DNA of 36,654 nt from a virus (taxonomy: Duplodnaviria > Heunggongvirae > Uroviricota > Caudoviricetes): the IMG/VR virus record IMGVR_UViG_2609459834_000011, positions 1 to 36,654 of that record. One strand, written 5' to 3'. The notes below the pieces were generated by a model. It saw nothing but the letters and a program-made list of their open reading frames with translations, did not search any database and was not told where the DNA came from. Position numbers and translations under genes: made by a program. Positions 1 through 8,000 of the stretch are shown in pieces. Each line of letters opens with the position of its first letter. The stretch's first letter is position 1.

Positions 1-1194
1 ATGATCACCGACACAAAGCTCAGGAAGGCGCTCGGCAAGAAAAGAGATGATATCGAGATTATTTCTGATTCGCACGGGCTCAACGCCAGAATCAGCCAGG
101 CCGGAAAAATATCATTTTTCTATCGGTATCGCTGGGCCGGTAAAGCGGTAAAACTCAATGTTGGTGATTATCCTGCAATGAGTATCACCCAGGCAAGAGA
201 GCGTCGCCAACAATTCAGAAACTGGTTAACTGAGGGACTGGATCCGCGAGAGCAGGTGAAGCTGGATAAGCAGACCCGACAGGAAGCGATGTCCGTTGCC
301 GAAGCGTTCAATTACTGGATTGAAAGGCACTGTATCGCTAACGGGCTAGTTAAAGTCGATTACTATCGCCAGGTGTTTGAGAAACATATCGCCGAACCGA
401 TGAAGAATGTCAAAGTCGATAACACAGCGAAAATGCACTGGATCAACGTCTTCGATTCTATAGAAAGCAGGGTGATGGCTCATTACATGCTTTCGCTGTG
501 CAAACGGGCGTTTAGGTTCTGCGTTAACAGAAGTGTGATCGCCTCAAACCCACTCGAGGGATTACTGCCATCTGATGTCGGGCAAAAGCCTAAAAAGAGA
601 ACTCGCAGGATGGACGATGACGATCTGCGCAAAATCTATCAGTGGTTGAAAAGCCATATGTCGATAGAGTCCGTTTTCCTGGTGAAATTTATTATGCTTA
701 CCGGATGCCGTACGGCTGAGATTCGACTTAGTGAGAGATCATGGTTTCGATTGGATGATAATGAGTGGGTCGTGCCTGCGGGCAGTTATAAAACTCGGGT
801 ACATATTAGAAGGGGACTCTCAGACGCCGCCGTTAACCTGGTCAGAAATCACCTCAAGAAAATAAACACCAATCACCTGGTGACTTCACAACGTAAAATT
901 GATGGCGGGATCAAAGATTCGCCCGTTCATTCACCTGTGGCATCCAATTACGCCCGTTCTATTTGGAATGGAACAGGTATGGCAGAGTGGTCGCTTCATG
1001 ATATGAGGCGGACGATAGCCACAAATCTCTCTGAGTTAGGTTGCCCGCCGCACGTAATTGAAAAGCTGCTCGGGCATCAGATGGTGGGGGTTATGGCGCA
1101 TTACAACCTTCATGACTATATCGATGATCAGAAACACTGGCTCCGCGTTTGGCAGAGCCATCTTGAAGAGATCATCGGAGAGCCCTTCAGTTAA
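1..1194 (+). CDS. int: Tyrosine recombinase / phage integrase (P4-like family)
   Basis: 397 aa ORF; N-terminal arm-binding-like region ([11 protein letters not shown]...YRYRWAGK) and C-terminal catalytic region ending ...[18 protein letters not shown] typical of tyrosine integrases; sits at the edge of the phage module. Confidence 0.88.
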
Positions 1195-1433
1195 TTTATC
1201 TTCTTTTTATCCTCCCACTCTTTGATTGACTCAGAGCGCCAGCGGTTAGGGTTGCCGGGCCAGTCAGGGGGTGGGAACGGGCATACGAAGCCCCGAGGCA
1301 TTGTGTCTGCACTTTGCCATGACCAAAGGGTTTTGCGTGAAATTTTGTAGCGACTGGTCAGGTCTGACGTTACCAAAATATCATCCATAGCTCTCTCCAG
1401 TTGCCCGTTCGGGCCATTCAAAATCTTTTTCAA
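1191..1433 (-). CDS. Excisionase-like / AlpA-family small DNA-binding protein
   Basis: 80 aa ORF convergent with int, overlapping its stop by 4 nt around a TTAA; small basic protein with putative HTH ([13 protein letters not shown]); position next to int. Confidence 0.55.
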
Positions 1434-1675
1434 CCAACCTGCCCGGGCAGGGAGCGGAGACGGCGCATGCCGGTCATCGCTGTGGCCACGTAGCTCGCCT
1501 TTCGGTTCACCACCTCCACCCAGACTTTCACGCCTTCAACCTTCACCGTATAAGTCTCTTTCATCTTGCTTCGCCCATAGTCGCCATATGTTTGCAAGTG
1601 AGCCGCCAGCGCAACATCGCAAGCGCGGCGACCAATAGGTGATTGCTTACTGCGATTAATCAGCTTCATCATCAC
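1430..1675 (-). CDS. Hypothetical phage protein
   Basis: 81 aa ORF whose stop overlaps the start of the excisionase-like gene on the same strand; no recognisable motif. Confidence 0.45.
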   Translation of the reverse strand: MMMKLINRSKQSPIGRRACDVALAAHLQTYGDYGRSKMKETYTVKVEGVKVWVEVVNRKASYVATAMTGMRRLRSLPGQVG

Positions 1676-1777
1676 TGCACTCCCAAAGTGGCTACGACAT
1701 CACTCGCTGTTTCGCGGGTACTGCCTTTGCTGGATATAGCCCGGTGCGCCCTGGCCTGCGGTAAAATGGTGTGCGTT

Positions 1778-2395
1778 TCATGCTGCACGCTCTGTGATTT
1801 TCTGAATTTCCGATTCCAGATCTGCAAGGAAGCTCTTAACCTCAGATTCGATTTCGCGCGCCAGCTCTTCATCGAAATGAATCCGCTTCTTGAAATAGGC
1901 GAGGTCAGGCGGCAGGCGATCATCGAAACTAACGAAATCACACCATTTCCGCCCGGTGCACATCATCTGTGCATGCATTTGCAGCATGTACTGGCGCTTT
2001 GGCTCACCAGTTTTCAGCGTTTCAAGATGGGTCCAGGTGTTGGGGCATTTGATTTCGATAAGCCCGTCGTCGTTGACAAGTCCGTCCGGGCTGGCTGCGA
2101 ATCCGGGTATGGTTGGGTGATCGATGAGCCCAACTTCAGTGATTGCCGCATTGAACTCATTCAGCGCGTACATTTCGCGTGCCACTGGCTCAAGTTCAGT
2201 GCCGCGCATCATCGCGGCATTCGAAAACCCTTCCTCCAGCTTCCCGGTCAGCCGTTGGCAAATCAGCTCGGCCATGTAGTTCTGGCGGCTGGTGGAGTAG
2301 CCCGACTTAGTCCGGGCCATGACATCAGCCAGGCGACTGGCTGTGACCTTGCCGCAGCGCGCAGCAAACCATTCAGGGGTGCGTTGCTCTATCAT
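1778..2395 (-). CDS. YqaJ-like viral recombinase exonuclease
   Basis: 205 aa; N-terminus MIEQRTPEWFAARCGKVTASRLADVM is the hallmark of YqaJ-family exonucleases; translationally coupled to the upstream RecT gene (4-nt overlap). Confidence 0.85.
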   Translation of the reverse strand: MIEQRTPEWFAARCGKVTASRLADVMARTKSGYSTSRQNYMAELICQRLTGKLEEGFSNAAMMRGTELEPVAREMYALNEFNAAITEVGLIDHPTIPGFAASPDGLVNDDGLIEIKCPNTWTHLETLKTGEPKRQYMLQMHAQMMCTGRKWCDFVSFDDRLPPDLAYFKKRIHFDEELAREIESEVKSFLADLESEIQKITERAA

Positions 2396-3153
2396 TCAGC
2401 CTCCGTCTCTGCGACATTGACAGGTTCGGCGTTGTCGACAGCAAGACTCATGTCATACATGCGTCGTTTCTCAACTGCGCCGATCACCTGTTTCTCTTCG
2501 GCGCTCAGCGCCACCCAGAACTCCTGATACTTAACGGTTCCAAGGCGCGCGGCGGACTCACCTTTTGCGATCAGTTCCGGGCGGCGGCTATCTGATTCAT
2601 GGCCCGCATGAACCTCTGCCGTTGTTCCTTCAATTACTCGCTCTGCCTCGTCCTGGTCGAAGATGCCAGCGAAACCAAAGGCCAGACGCGCGCACTGGAT
2701 CAGCGTCTTGTGGCGAAGCATGCGGGTAGGGTGGGACTGCCATGGCTGAGTGTTGCGTTTGCACTCTCCCATGTACTCGGTGACGATGGTCGGGTGCTTA
2801 CGGTCTTTGCGGTAAATCTTGCAGGTACACGCGCCTTCCTCCTTGTCGTAAGAGAATTCCATGCCGTCAAACTGAGGATGCTCGTTGATAATGCGAGCCC
2901 ATCCATCAACGCCGACGACCGGGACAATCCCGCCTTTATCTGGGAATGCGTAAATCTCTTTGGTCCATGGGTTCAGGCCGTACTGGTTGGCGACGATCAA
3001 CAGGGCTGTAAACTGCTCGTCCGTGACGTTGCCACCTTTGAACGCTGTATTCTTCAGCGTATTCATCAGGTCTGTACCGGCATCCATGCCGAGGCGTGCG
3101 GCCAGTTTCCCGGCCATGGTGGAAAGTGCAGTACTCATTGTTAAATCCCTCAA
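2392..3153 (-). CDS. recT: RecT-family single-strand annealing protein
   Basis: 253 aa; RecT-like sequence and classical RecT plus YqaJ-exonuclease gene pairing. Confidence 0.85.
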   Translation of the reverse strand: MRDLTMSTALSTMAGKLAARLGMDAGTDLMNTLKNTAFKGGNVTDEQFTALLIVANQYGLNPWTKEIYAFPDKGGIVPVVGVDGWARIINEHPQFDGMEFSYDKEEGACTCKIYRKDRKHPTIVTEYMGECKRNTQPWQSHPTRMLRHKTLIQCARLAFGFAGIFDQDEAERVIEGTTAEVHAGHESDSRRPELIAKGESAARLGTVKYQEFWVALSAEEKQVIGAVEKRRMYDMSLAVDNAEPVNVAETEAE

Positions 3154-3156
3154 AAA

Positions 3157-3441
3157 TTAAAACGGGCAGCCGGTACGGTGTTCCCAGTCGTATTCCGCCT
3201 GGGCGTAAGCAACTACCGAAATGAAATCGTTGTAGGCCTCGCCAGCTTTATCGCTGCGAAGCCCTTCGTATGGGCTGGAGTCTATCGGGATCGTGAAGTG
3301 GAAGAGGCCGGACGGCTCTTTAGGCATCATGTCGATGATTTTCTGCGCCCGGTCGTCGATCCACTTCTCTTTCTCGTCGGTGATCTGCTGCTCAGCCCAG
3401 CGCCGATCTTCGATGCGGTCGTAAGTGAGGTATGCGTTCAT
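3157..3441 (-). CDS. Hypothetical early protein
   Basis: 94 aa ORF with SD-like GAGG upstream; tightly packed in the leftward early operon. Confidence 0.5.
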   Translation of the reverse strand: MNAYLTYDRIEDRRWAEQQITDEKEKWIDDRAQKIIDMMPKEPSGLFHFTIPIDSSPYEGLRSDKAGEAYNDFISVVAYAQAEYDWEHRTGCPF

Positions 3442-3448
3442 GGTTGCC

Positions 3449-4420
3449 TCAGTAATGAATTTTCGCGCAGGGGATCAGGTCATCTTTCAGAGCGGTAAGC
3501 ACTTCGATAGCCTGCTCGCGGGTTAAGCTGGTTTGGCTGGTGAGCGCGTTAACGATGTTGGTGCCGACCGTCTTGCGGTGCTTAACGTCAGCTTCACGCT
3601 TTGCCTGCTCATCGGCGAGGCGCTTCTCTTCGGCCAGGCGGGCATCTTCGGCCTGTTTGGCCTTCAGGCGCTCGGCTTCAACCGCCGCGGCTTTTTCGCG
3701 TTCCGCCCGGGCTTCCGCTTCCTGCTTCTCGCGAGCTGCACGCTGTTCCGCTTCGACGCGCTGGCGCTCCGCCAGTTCAGCGCGGGCTTTCTCTTCGGCT
3801 TCACGGCGCGCTGCGGCTTCAATCTCCGCTTTGTGCTTCGCTTCGGCATCGCGGCGGGCTTGTTCTGCCGCTTCCTGTTTCAGCCGCTCATCACGTTCAC
3901 GCTGAGCCTGTTCCGCCAGACGGCGCTGCTCTTCGCGGTCACGGTCAAAATCCTTGTTCATCAGTAGAGCCATTTCGTGGTCCGCTTCGAACTTGGCAGC
4001 CAGCTCCTGATCGAACCTGATGTTCATCTCCAGCGCTTCGGCGTGCATCGCGTTCATGGCTTCTTCAGCCTTAATGCGTTCCTGCTCGGCTTCCCATTCG
4101 GTGAGTGGGCGGCGGGTCGCATCGCGCAGCTCGTCGCAGGCATCAACGAATCGCTTAATTTCGGCCTCAGCCGGACGCACAGCCTCTTTCAGGCGCTTCA
4201 GGTACTCACGGCCCGGCTTTTCGATTGCCGTCTTGCTGCGGGACACCTGCGCTGCCAGAGAGGCAACACGGTCACGGCCTTTCTTCGTGGACAGGTCCGG
4301 CACTTCGTTTACAGCCTGGCGGATTTGCTCAAGGTACGCGTCAAGGCCGCCCGCTACGTAAAGCACTGGGGCCTGTTCCGGCTTGATTTCGATGACGGTT
4401 AAATCCATTATTTCGCTCAT
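3449..4420 (-). CDS. Coiled-coil protein with low-complexity Glu/Ala/Arg/Lys repeat core
   Basis: 323 aa; central region is a long EAxRAEREKAAA-type repeat; the repetitive GC-rich DNA leaves three overlapping open frames on the opposite strand (3533-4020), which I treat as artefacts. SD AGGGGA upstream. Confidence 0.6.
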   Translation of the reverse strand: MSEIMDLTVIEIKPEQAPVLYVAGGLDAYLEQIRQAVNEVPDLSTKKGRDRVASLAAQVSRSKTAIEKPGREYLKRLKEAVRPAEAEIKRFVDACDELRDATRRPLTEWEAEQERIKAEEAMNAMHAEALEMNIRFDQELAAKFEADHEMALLMNKDFDRDREEQRRLAEQAQRERDERLKQEAAEQARRDAEAKHKAEIEAAARREAEEKARAELAERQRVEAEQRAAREKQEAEARAEREKAAAVEAERLKAKQAEDARLAEEKRLADEQAKREADVKHRKTVGTNIVNALTSQTSLTREQAIEVLTALKDDLIPCAKIHY

Positions 4421-4507
4421 GGTTTCCCCTGAAATTTGGTTGTGAAACGCCCGGCACCGTAATGGCTGCCTGATAGCTCTGTTAAATTCGTGCGCTGAAA
4501 TGCGCGG

Positions 4508-4702
4508 TCAATGCGTCCCGGCTGGAACCAGGTTCGGCTCGATATTGCGTGAAGCGTATGGCCGGCGGATGTGGCGCAGATTGCCCTGCGGCTCATGCCA
4601 GTAGCTGCCGTCGCGATAGTCGAAGCTGACCAGCCAGGCGGCGCCGGTGCGGCGATTGCGCATCATCACGGCGCGTCCGTTGTTAGGAATTGAGTTAGCC
4701 AT
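4508..4702 (-). CDS. Hypothetical small early protein
   Basis: 64 aa ORF, basic; start overlaps the stop of the upstream micro-ORF. Confidence 0.4.
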   Translation of the reverse strand: MANSIPNNGRAVMMRNRRTGAAWLVSFDYRDGSYWHEPQGNLRHIRRPYASRNIEPNLVPAGTH

Positions 4703-4805
4703 TGAACACCCCCGTAGCGTGCAGAATTTTGATAATCAACGCTGTCCAGATAACGCCGCAGATCAGCAGGCAGTAAATCAGTGAACGAATGCCTTGTTTG
4801 CTCAT
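4695..4805 (-). CDS. Small hydrophobic peptide (about 36 aa, single predicted TM helix)
   Basis: Hand-translated MSKQGIRSLIYCLLICGVIWTALIIKILHATGVFNG; ATGA start/stop overlap with the upstream peptide gene; below the ORF-track length cutoff. Confidence 0.35.
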   Translation of the reverse strand: MSKQGIRSLIYCLLICGVIWTALIIKILHATGVFNG

Positions 4806-4909
4806 TTGCCACCCCAGCACTGAATGCTAACTACGAGGACTGCAACCAAAAACGGAACGACCTTTAACCAAAAATTACGCCATGCAGGCTTGTCTTCTTC
4901 GCGGATCAT
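4802..4909 (-). CDS. Small hydrophobic peptide (about 35 aa), first gene of the leftward early operon
   Basis: Hand-translated MIREEDKPAWRNFWLKVVPFLVAVLVVSIQCWGGK; SD-like AAGGTGA 8 nt upstream; lies just downstream of the OL-type operator cluster. Confidence 0.35.
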   Translation of the reverse strand: MIREEDKPAWRNFWLKVVPFLVAVLVVSIQCWGGK

Positions 4910-4991
4910 CTCTTCACCTTTGCCTTAAAGCCGGCCAGCTGAGCGTTGTTACGATTACCCGGCGTTGCCGGTGTTGTTTGGATGAGGTGAT

Positions 4992-5061
4992 AATACTCCG
5001 GGTATTATTTTATATCAATACCGCTAGTATTATAATATTTAATAAAAATACTAAAGGTATG
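4992..5061. promoter_or_regulatory. Left operator cluster (OL-like): three 15-bp palindromes AATAC-N5-GTATT in an AT-rich divergent promoter region
   Basis: AATACTCCGGGTATT (4992-5006), AATACCGCTAGTATT (5017-5031), AATACTAAAGGTATG (5047-5061); same motif as the operators between cI and cro. Confidence 0.55.
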
Positions 5062-5130
5062 ATTTTAAAGTTAATTTATTTTTGTAAAGAGTGCTGTTAT
5101 GCTCAAAAAAACATCAGTAAGGGTGGCGGC

Positions 5131-5334
5131 ATGTCAAATGAGAATGAGTTTTTCGCAGAAATGCACCCGCAGATAGCGCAGGTTATCGGGATAGCGGTTA
5201 TGCAACTGCTGGTTGAGAAGCGCGAGCCCTCAAGAGAGGCGCTGATAGAGATGATTCAGGTGCTGTGGCAGGGTGACCAGGTAGAGCTGGCGGTGGAGCT
5301 GGCACTGGACGTGCTGATGCAGAGGGAAGAGTAG
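5131..5334 (+). CDS. Small acidic helical protein (67 aa), function unknown
   Basis: ATG at 5131 preceded by AAGGGTGG; MSNENEFFAEMHPQIAQVIGIAVMQLLVEKREPSREALIEMIQVLWQGDQVELAVELALDVLMQREE; transcribed rightward away from the OL-like operators. Confidence 0.5.
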   Translation: MSNENEFFAEMHPQIAQVIGIAVMQLLVEKREPSREALIEMIQVLWQGDQVELAVELALDVLMQREE

Positions 5335-5343
5335 GGCAGTAAC

Positions 5344-5365
5344 AACCCGGCGCGGTGGCCGGGTT
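5344..5365. terminator. GC-rich hairpin between convergent genes (possible bidirectional terminator, no clear U-tract)
   Basis: AACCCGGC-GCGGTG-GCCGGGTT, perfect 8-bp stem, between the stop of the 67-aa gene (5334) and the stop of the minus-strand 305-aa gene (5374). Confidence 0.35.
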
Positions 5366-5373
5366 AACGTCTA

Positions 5374-6291
5374 CTACCAGTTCGGTAGCTCACGCAAAGA
5401 ATACTTAGGCTTTCCATTACCTACCTGAGTGCAGAGGAATTTTGCAATAACTTTTTCTCCGCGGTGATCGTTGATAATGTCTGGATTGTCTATGTAATTA
5501 CTGATTTTCGCTACAAAAATTGATTTAGATTCATCATGCTCCATAATAAACTCGCATTGACGTTTATGAGGAAGGGCTCCCAAGAAGCTAACTTCTAATA
5601 ACTGCAAATCTTCTTTAACACTATCTTTACTTAGCTTGAGGACCGCTCTTTCAATATCATTGATATTGTTTGCAACAAGCGCTTGGTTGTTATGCCTTAA
5701 AGTAAAAGTTGCTTTGTTATCAAATAGTATTTGTATAAATCCACGTATTTTATCTAAAGCTCGGTCATCCAAATCACTAATCGCCTCAGCTAGACCATCA
5801 TCGTCTCCCCTTATACTCATTTGCAGGATAGATTGAGTCTGGTTCAGAGCTTTTTGAACAGAAGATTCCTCATCAAAGTTAAGCGGGGCATCTGGCCTAA
5901 ATTCCTCAAGTGTAAATCCAAAAGAACCTTTGGCTGTTCCAGTAATCATAAGCAAATTATTTTCAAGATTTGGAATTTTACCTTTGGCCGGTAATTTCCC
6001 TGAAAATGAAGATGCAACATGAGAAACCGCATCATTAAAGGCGTTAACTATTTTGGTTCCGAAATTTGCAGCTATGCCATATGTACCAAGTACAGGGGCT
6101 CCTCTAAATGTTAAAGTGGCTTTAACTGGCGGATGCTCATCGATAACAATATGAGAAATCTCATCATTTAGCTCATGGAGCCTGCTTTCAAGGCTCATTT
6201 TGCCAATAATGTCATCATCAGTAGTGGTTTCTAAAAGAGACAGGATTGAGTCCCGCTCACTTAGAACGAACAAGTAATCGTCGCGATTCAT
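5374..6291 (-). CDS. Hypothetical protein, second gene of immunity-region accessory cassette (no recognised domain)
   Basis: 305 aa, visibly AT-rich codon usage; start ATG overlaps stop of upstream gene (ATGA) and is preceded by strong SD GAAGGAGGTG; no hydrophobic segments or motifs I recognise. Confidence 0.7.
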   Translation of the reverse strand: MNRDDYLFVLSERDSILSLLETTTDDDIIGKMSLESRLHELNDEISHIVIDEHPPVKATLTFRGAPVLGTYGIAANFGTKIVNAFNDAVSHVASSFSGKLPAKGKIPNLENNLLMITGTAKGSFGFTLEEFRPDAPLNFDEESSVQKALNQTQSILQMSIRGDDDGLAEAISDLDDRALDKIRGFIQILFDNKATFTLRHNNQALVANNINDIERAVLKLSKDSVKEDLQLLEVSFLGALPHKRQCEFIMEHDESKSIFVAKISNYIDNPDIINDHRGEKVIAKFLCTQVGNGKPKYSLRELPNW

Positions 6292-6875
6292 TGCTCACCT
6301 CCTTCTGATAGCATTGTTTCTAAAATGGTTAATGCCTGTTGATCCAGTGTAATATCTAGAGGAATCTGCAAGAATCCCTTCCATGTAAGATCCCTTCTAT
6401 GAGACCACATACTGTACCAATATACAGTCCTTTCTACAAGCTGCTCCTTAGAAACGCCCAGTGACTGGAAGTAAGAATCAACTCTAAACTCTTGCTTTCT
6501 CCACTTACCCATATGTGGCACAAACAGATTCGGGTTACGCATAACGACATCTTGCTGCGTTTCGTTAAACGCCAAATTAAAAAAAGTCACAACATCAATG
6601 TCATTTGGCGGACGTTTTTCAATGAGTTCAACATCTTCTATGAAACTACCATCGATCCATTGAAAACCATCCGTTAACCCAGTTTTATTAATTTCTTTAC
6701 GAAATTTGATGAAACCGAGTAAGATCTCGATCCTTTGTGGGCTTGTAGCGTACCGCTCTACAAATTTTAATATATCTGTCTTATATGGGGAGCGATAGGC
6801 GCTGGTTGGATGCTCCATATCCATTGGTGGGATTACACCAATTTCATTCCAGTTAGGAATTTCCTGAATCACCAT
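6288..6875 (-). CDS. Hypothetical protein with nucleotidyltransferase-like motif, first gene of immunity-region accessory cassette
   Basis: 195 aa, AT-rich; contains WIDGSFIEDVELIEKRPPNDIDVVTFF, matching the G[GS]-x(10-15)-DxD pattern of Pol-beta-superfamily minimal nucleotidyltransferases; same strand as and downstream of cI. Confidence 0.7.
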   Translation of the reverse strand: MVIQEIPNWNEIGVIPPMDMEHPTSAYRSPYKTDILKFVERYATSPQRIEILLGFIKFRKEINKTGLTDGFQWIDGSFIEDVELIEKRPPNDIDVVTFFNLAFNETQQDVVMRNPNLFVPHMGKWRKQEFRVDSYFQSLGVSKEQLVERTVYWYSMWSHRRDLTWKGFLQIPLDITLDQQALTILETMLSEGGEQ

Positions 6876-7185
6876 GCTGTGGCCTTAAATTTCTTATTGG
6901 TTGTAAGAAAAAATGTCATTATTTTCAATGGAGTCATTGATTTTTTTATCGCTTTATCAATATGACTTCTCTCGCTCGCTTAATCAGAGCCTTTCTCTGA
7001 AATTTCATCAGGGATCGCATAAAATTATTGTTTGCCTCATTCACTGCGCGAGCGAAGCCTTTCCTTCATTTACTTCTCGTACATGTTATCTAGCCTTCCG
7101 CCTGAGTCGTAAATATACAATCATTCCCTGTTGTTTTAGGTGGCTTCTTATCCATGCTTCCTGTACGTCTGCGGCATGCTGCCGA

Positions 7186-7896
7186 TCACACAAGTCTCAA
7201 CTTAGTTTCTACAGCCACACCAATGATCCGGCAATTCCCATTGATGGGAACCAATGGCCATTGAGGGTTTAAGCCCTTCAGGTACTTCTGGTCACCATCA
7301 ATGATCAGTTTTTTGAATGTCGCCTCGTTTGATTCCGAGAGTTTTGCAATAACGAGACTTCCGTTGACCGGCTCCCTTCCGGTATCAAAAAGAACATATG
7401 TACCCTCTGGTATGCTGAGCCCGACCGGGGCAGTCATGGATTCCCCCTCGACCAACAACCAGAACGCATCCCCCTGGATGTGAGCGTCTGATTCGAGCCA
7501 TAGATCGATATCTTTAAGTGCATACGGCTCGCACGCTTCCGACCAATGCCCAGCCTGAATCTTGCTTAATACAGGGTATTTAATGCCTGGGGTGTACTGG
7601 CCTACATACTTGGCATTCGATGTAGCGGCAGCACTCATTGCAGATATTTCTTTCGCAAGGCTGGGGCTAAAATCAGAGACATCCACCTGGAGGGCTCTGG
7701 CAAAAACAGCAGCCACGGCAGCATTAAGGGCATTCCTGCCATTCAAGTAATGCCCAACGCCACCCTGAGATATGTCTAGCATGTCAGCTATTGATTGCTG
7801 TGTTATCCCAAGCTCTTTTTTCTTGGCTTCATAGAGGGCTTTCAGCCTTTCTGCGTCAGCGATCTGAGCCGATGTCAGTGTCTTTTTCTTTTCCAT
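7186..7896 (-). CDS. cI: CI-type prophage repressor (HTH plus LexA/S24-like autocleavage domain)
   Basis: N-terminal HTH (GITQQSIADMLDISQGGVGHYLNG); Ala-Gly cleavage site (KIQAGHW); Ser nucleophile (VEGESMTAP) and downstream Lys. The ORF track opens at a TTG (7902); the first ATG is at 7896 and the start may be leaderless as in lambda PRM. Confidence 0.9.
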   Translation of the reverse strand: MEKKKTLTSAQIADAERLKALYEAKKKELGITQQSIADMLDISQGGVGHYLNGRNALNAAVAAVFARALQVDVSDFSPSLAKEISAMSAAATSNAKYVGQYTPGIKYPVLSKIQAGHWSEACEPYALKDIDLWLESDAHIQGDAFWLLVEGESMTAPVGLSIPEGTYVLFDTGREPVNGSLVIAKLSESNEATFKKLIIDGDQKYLKGLNPQWPLVPINGNCRIIGVAVETKLRLV

Positions 7897-7907
7897 TTTC
7901 AAATAGT

Positions 7908-7971
7908 AATACCAATGCTCTTATTTTAAAAATACTTGCGGTATTGCAATGTTTAATACTTGTGGTATTGT
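7908..7971. promoter_or_regulatory. Right operator/promoter region (OR-like) with PR and PRM candidates
   Basis: Palindromes AATACTTGCGGTATT (7931-7945) and AATACTTGTGGTATT (7955-7969) plus a degenerate copy (7908-7922); candidate PR -35 TTGCAA (7944-7949) and -10 TATTGT (7966-7971) at 16-bp spacing, overlapping the second operator. Confidence 0.6.
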
Positions 7972-8000
7972 TTGCTCATGAGTTGATAGGAGCTAACCAC

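Noticed and set aside
1-60. Attachment site or prophage boundary at the window start
   Set aside because: The window begins exactly at the integrase start codon, so any att core or flanking host tRNA would lie outside it; no boundary can be called from this sequence.
1643-2527. 294-aa plus-strand ORF
   Set aside because: Lies antisense across the YqaJ-like exonuclease and RecT genes, which have clear family signatures; its translation is low-complexity with no motifs. Treated as a shadow ORF.
3533-4020. Three overlapping plus-strand ORFs (121-144 aa) rich in Ala/Arg/Ser/Leu
   Set aside because: All are antisense to the repetitive coiled-coil gene; GC-rich periodic repeats leave every frame open. 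Artefacts of the repeat, not genes.
3533-4020. Possible CRISPR array or tandem DNA repeat
   Set aside because: The periodicity is that of a codon-level amino-acid repeat inside an ORF, with no repeat-spacer structure; nothing else in the window resembles a CRISPR array.
5374-6875. Identification of the accessory cassette as rexA/rexB
   Set aside because: Sizes (195 and 305 aa versus about 279 and 144 aa), order, and the absence of any membrane-spanning protein do not fit RexAB; only the genomic position is analogous.
6913-7272. 119-aa plus-strand ORF in the spacer between cI and the accessory cassette
   Set aside because: No start context, Cys/Ser-rich low-complexity translation, and it runs antisense into the cI 3' end; more likely non-coding regulatory DNA.
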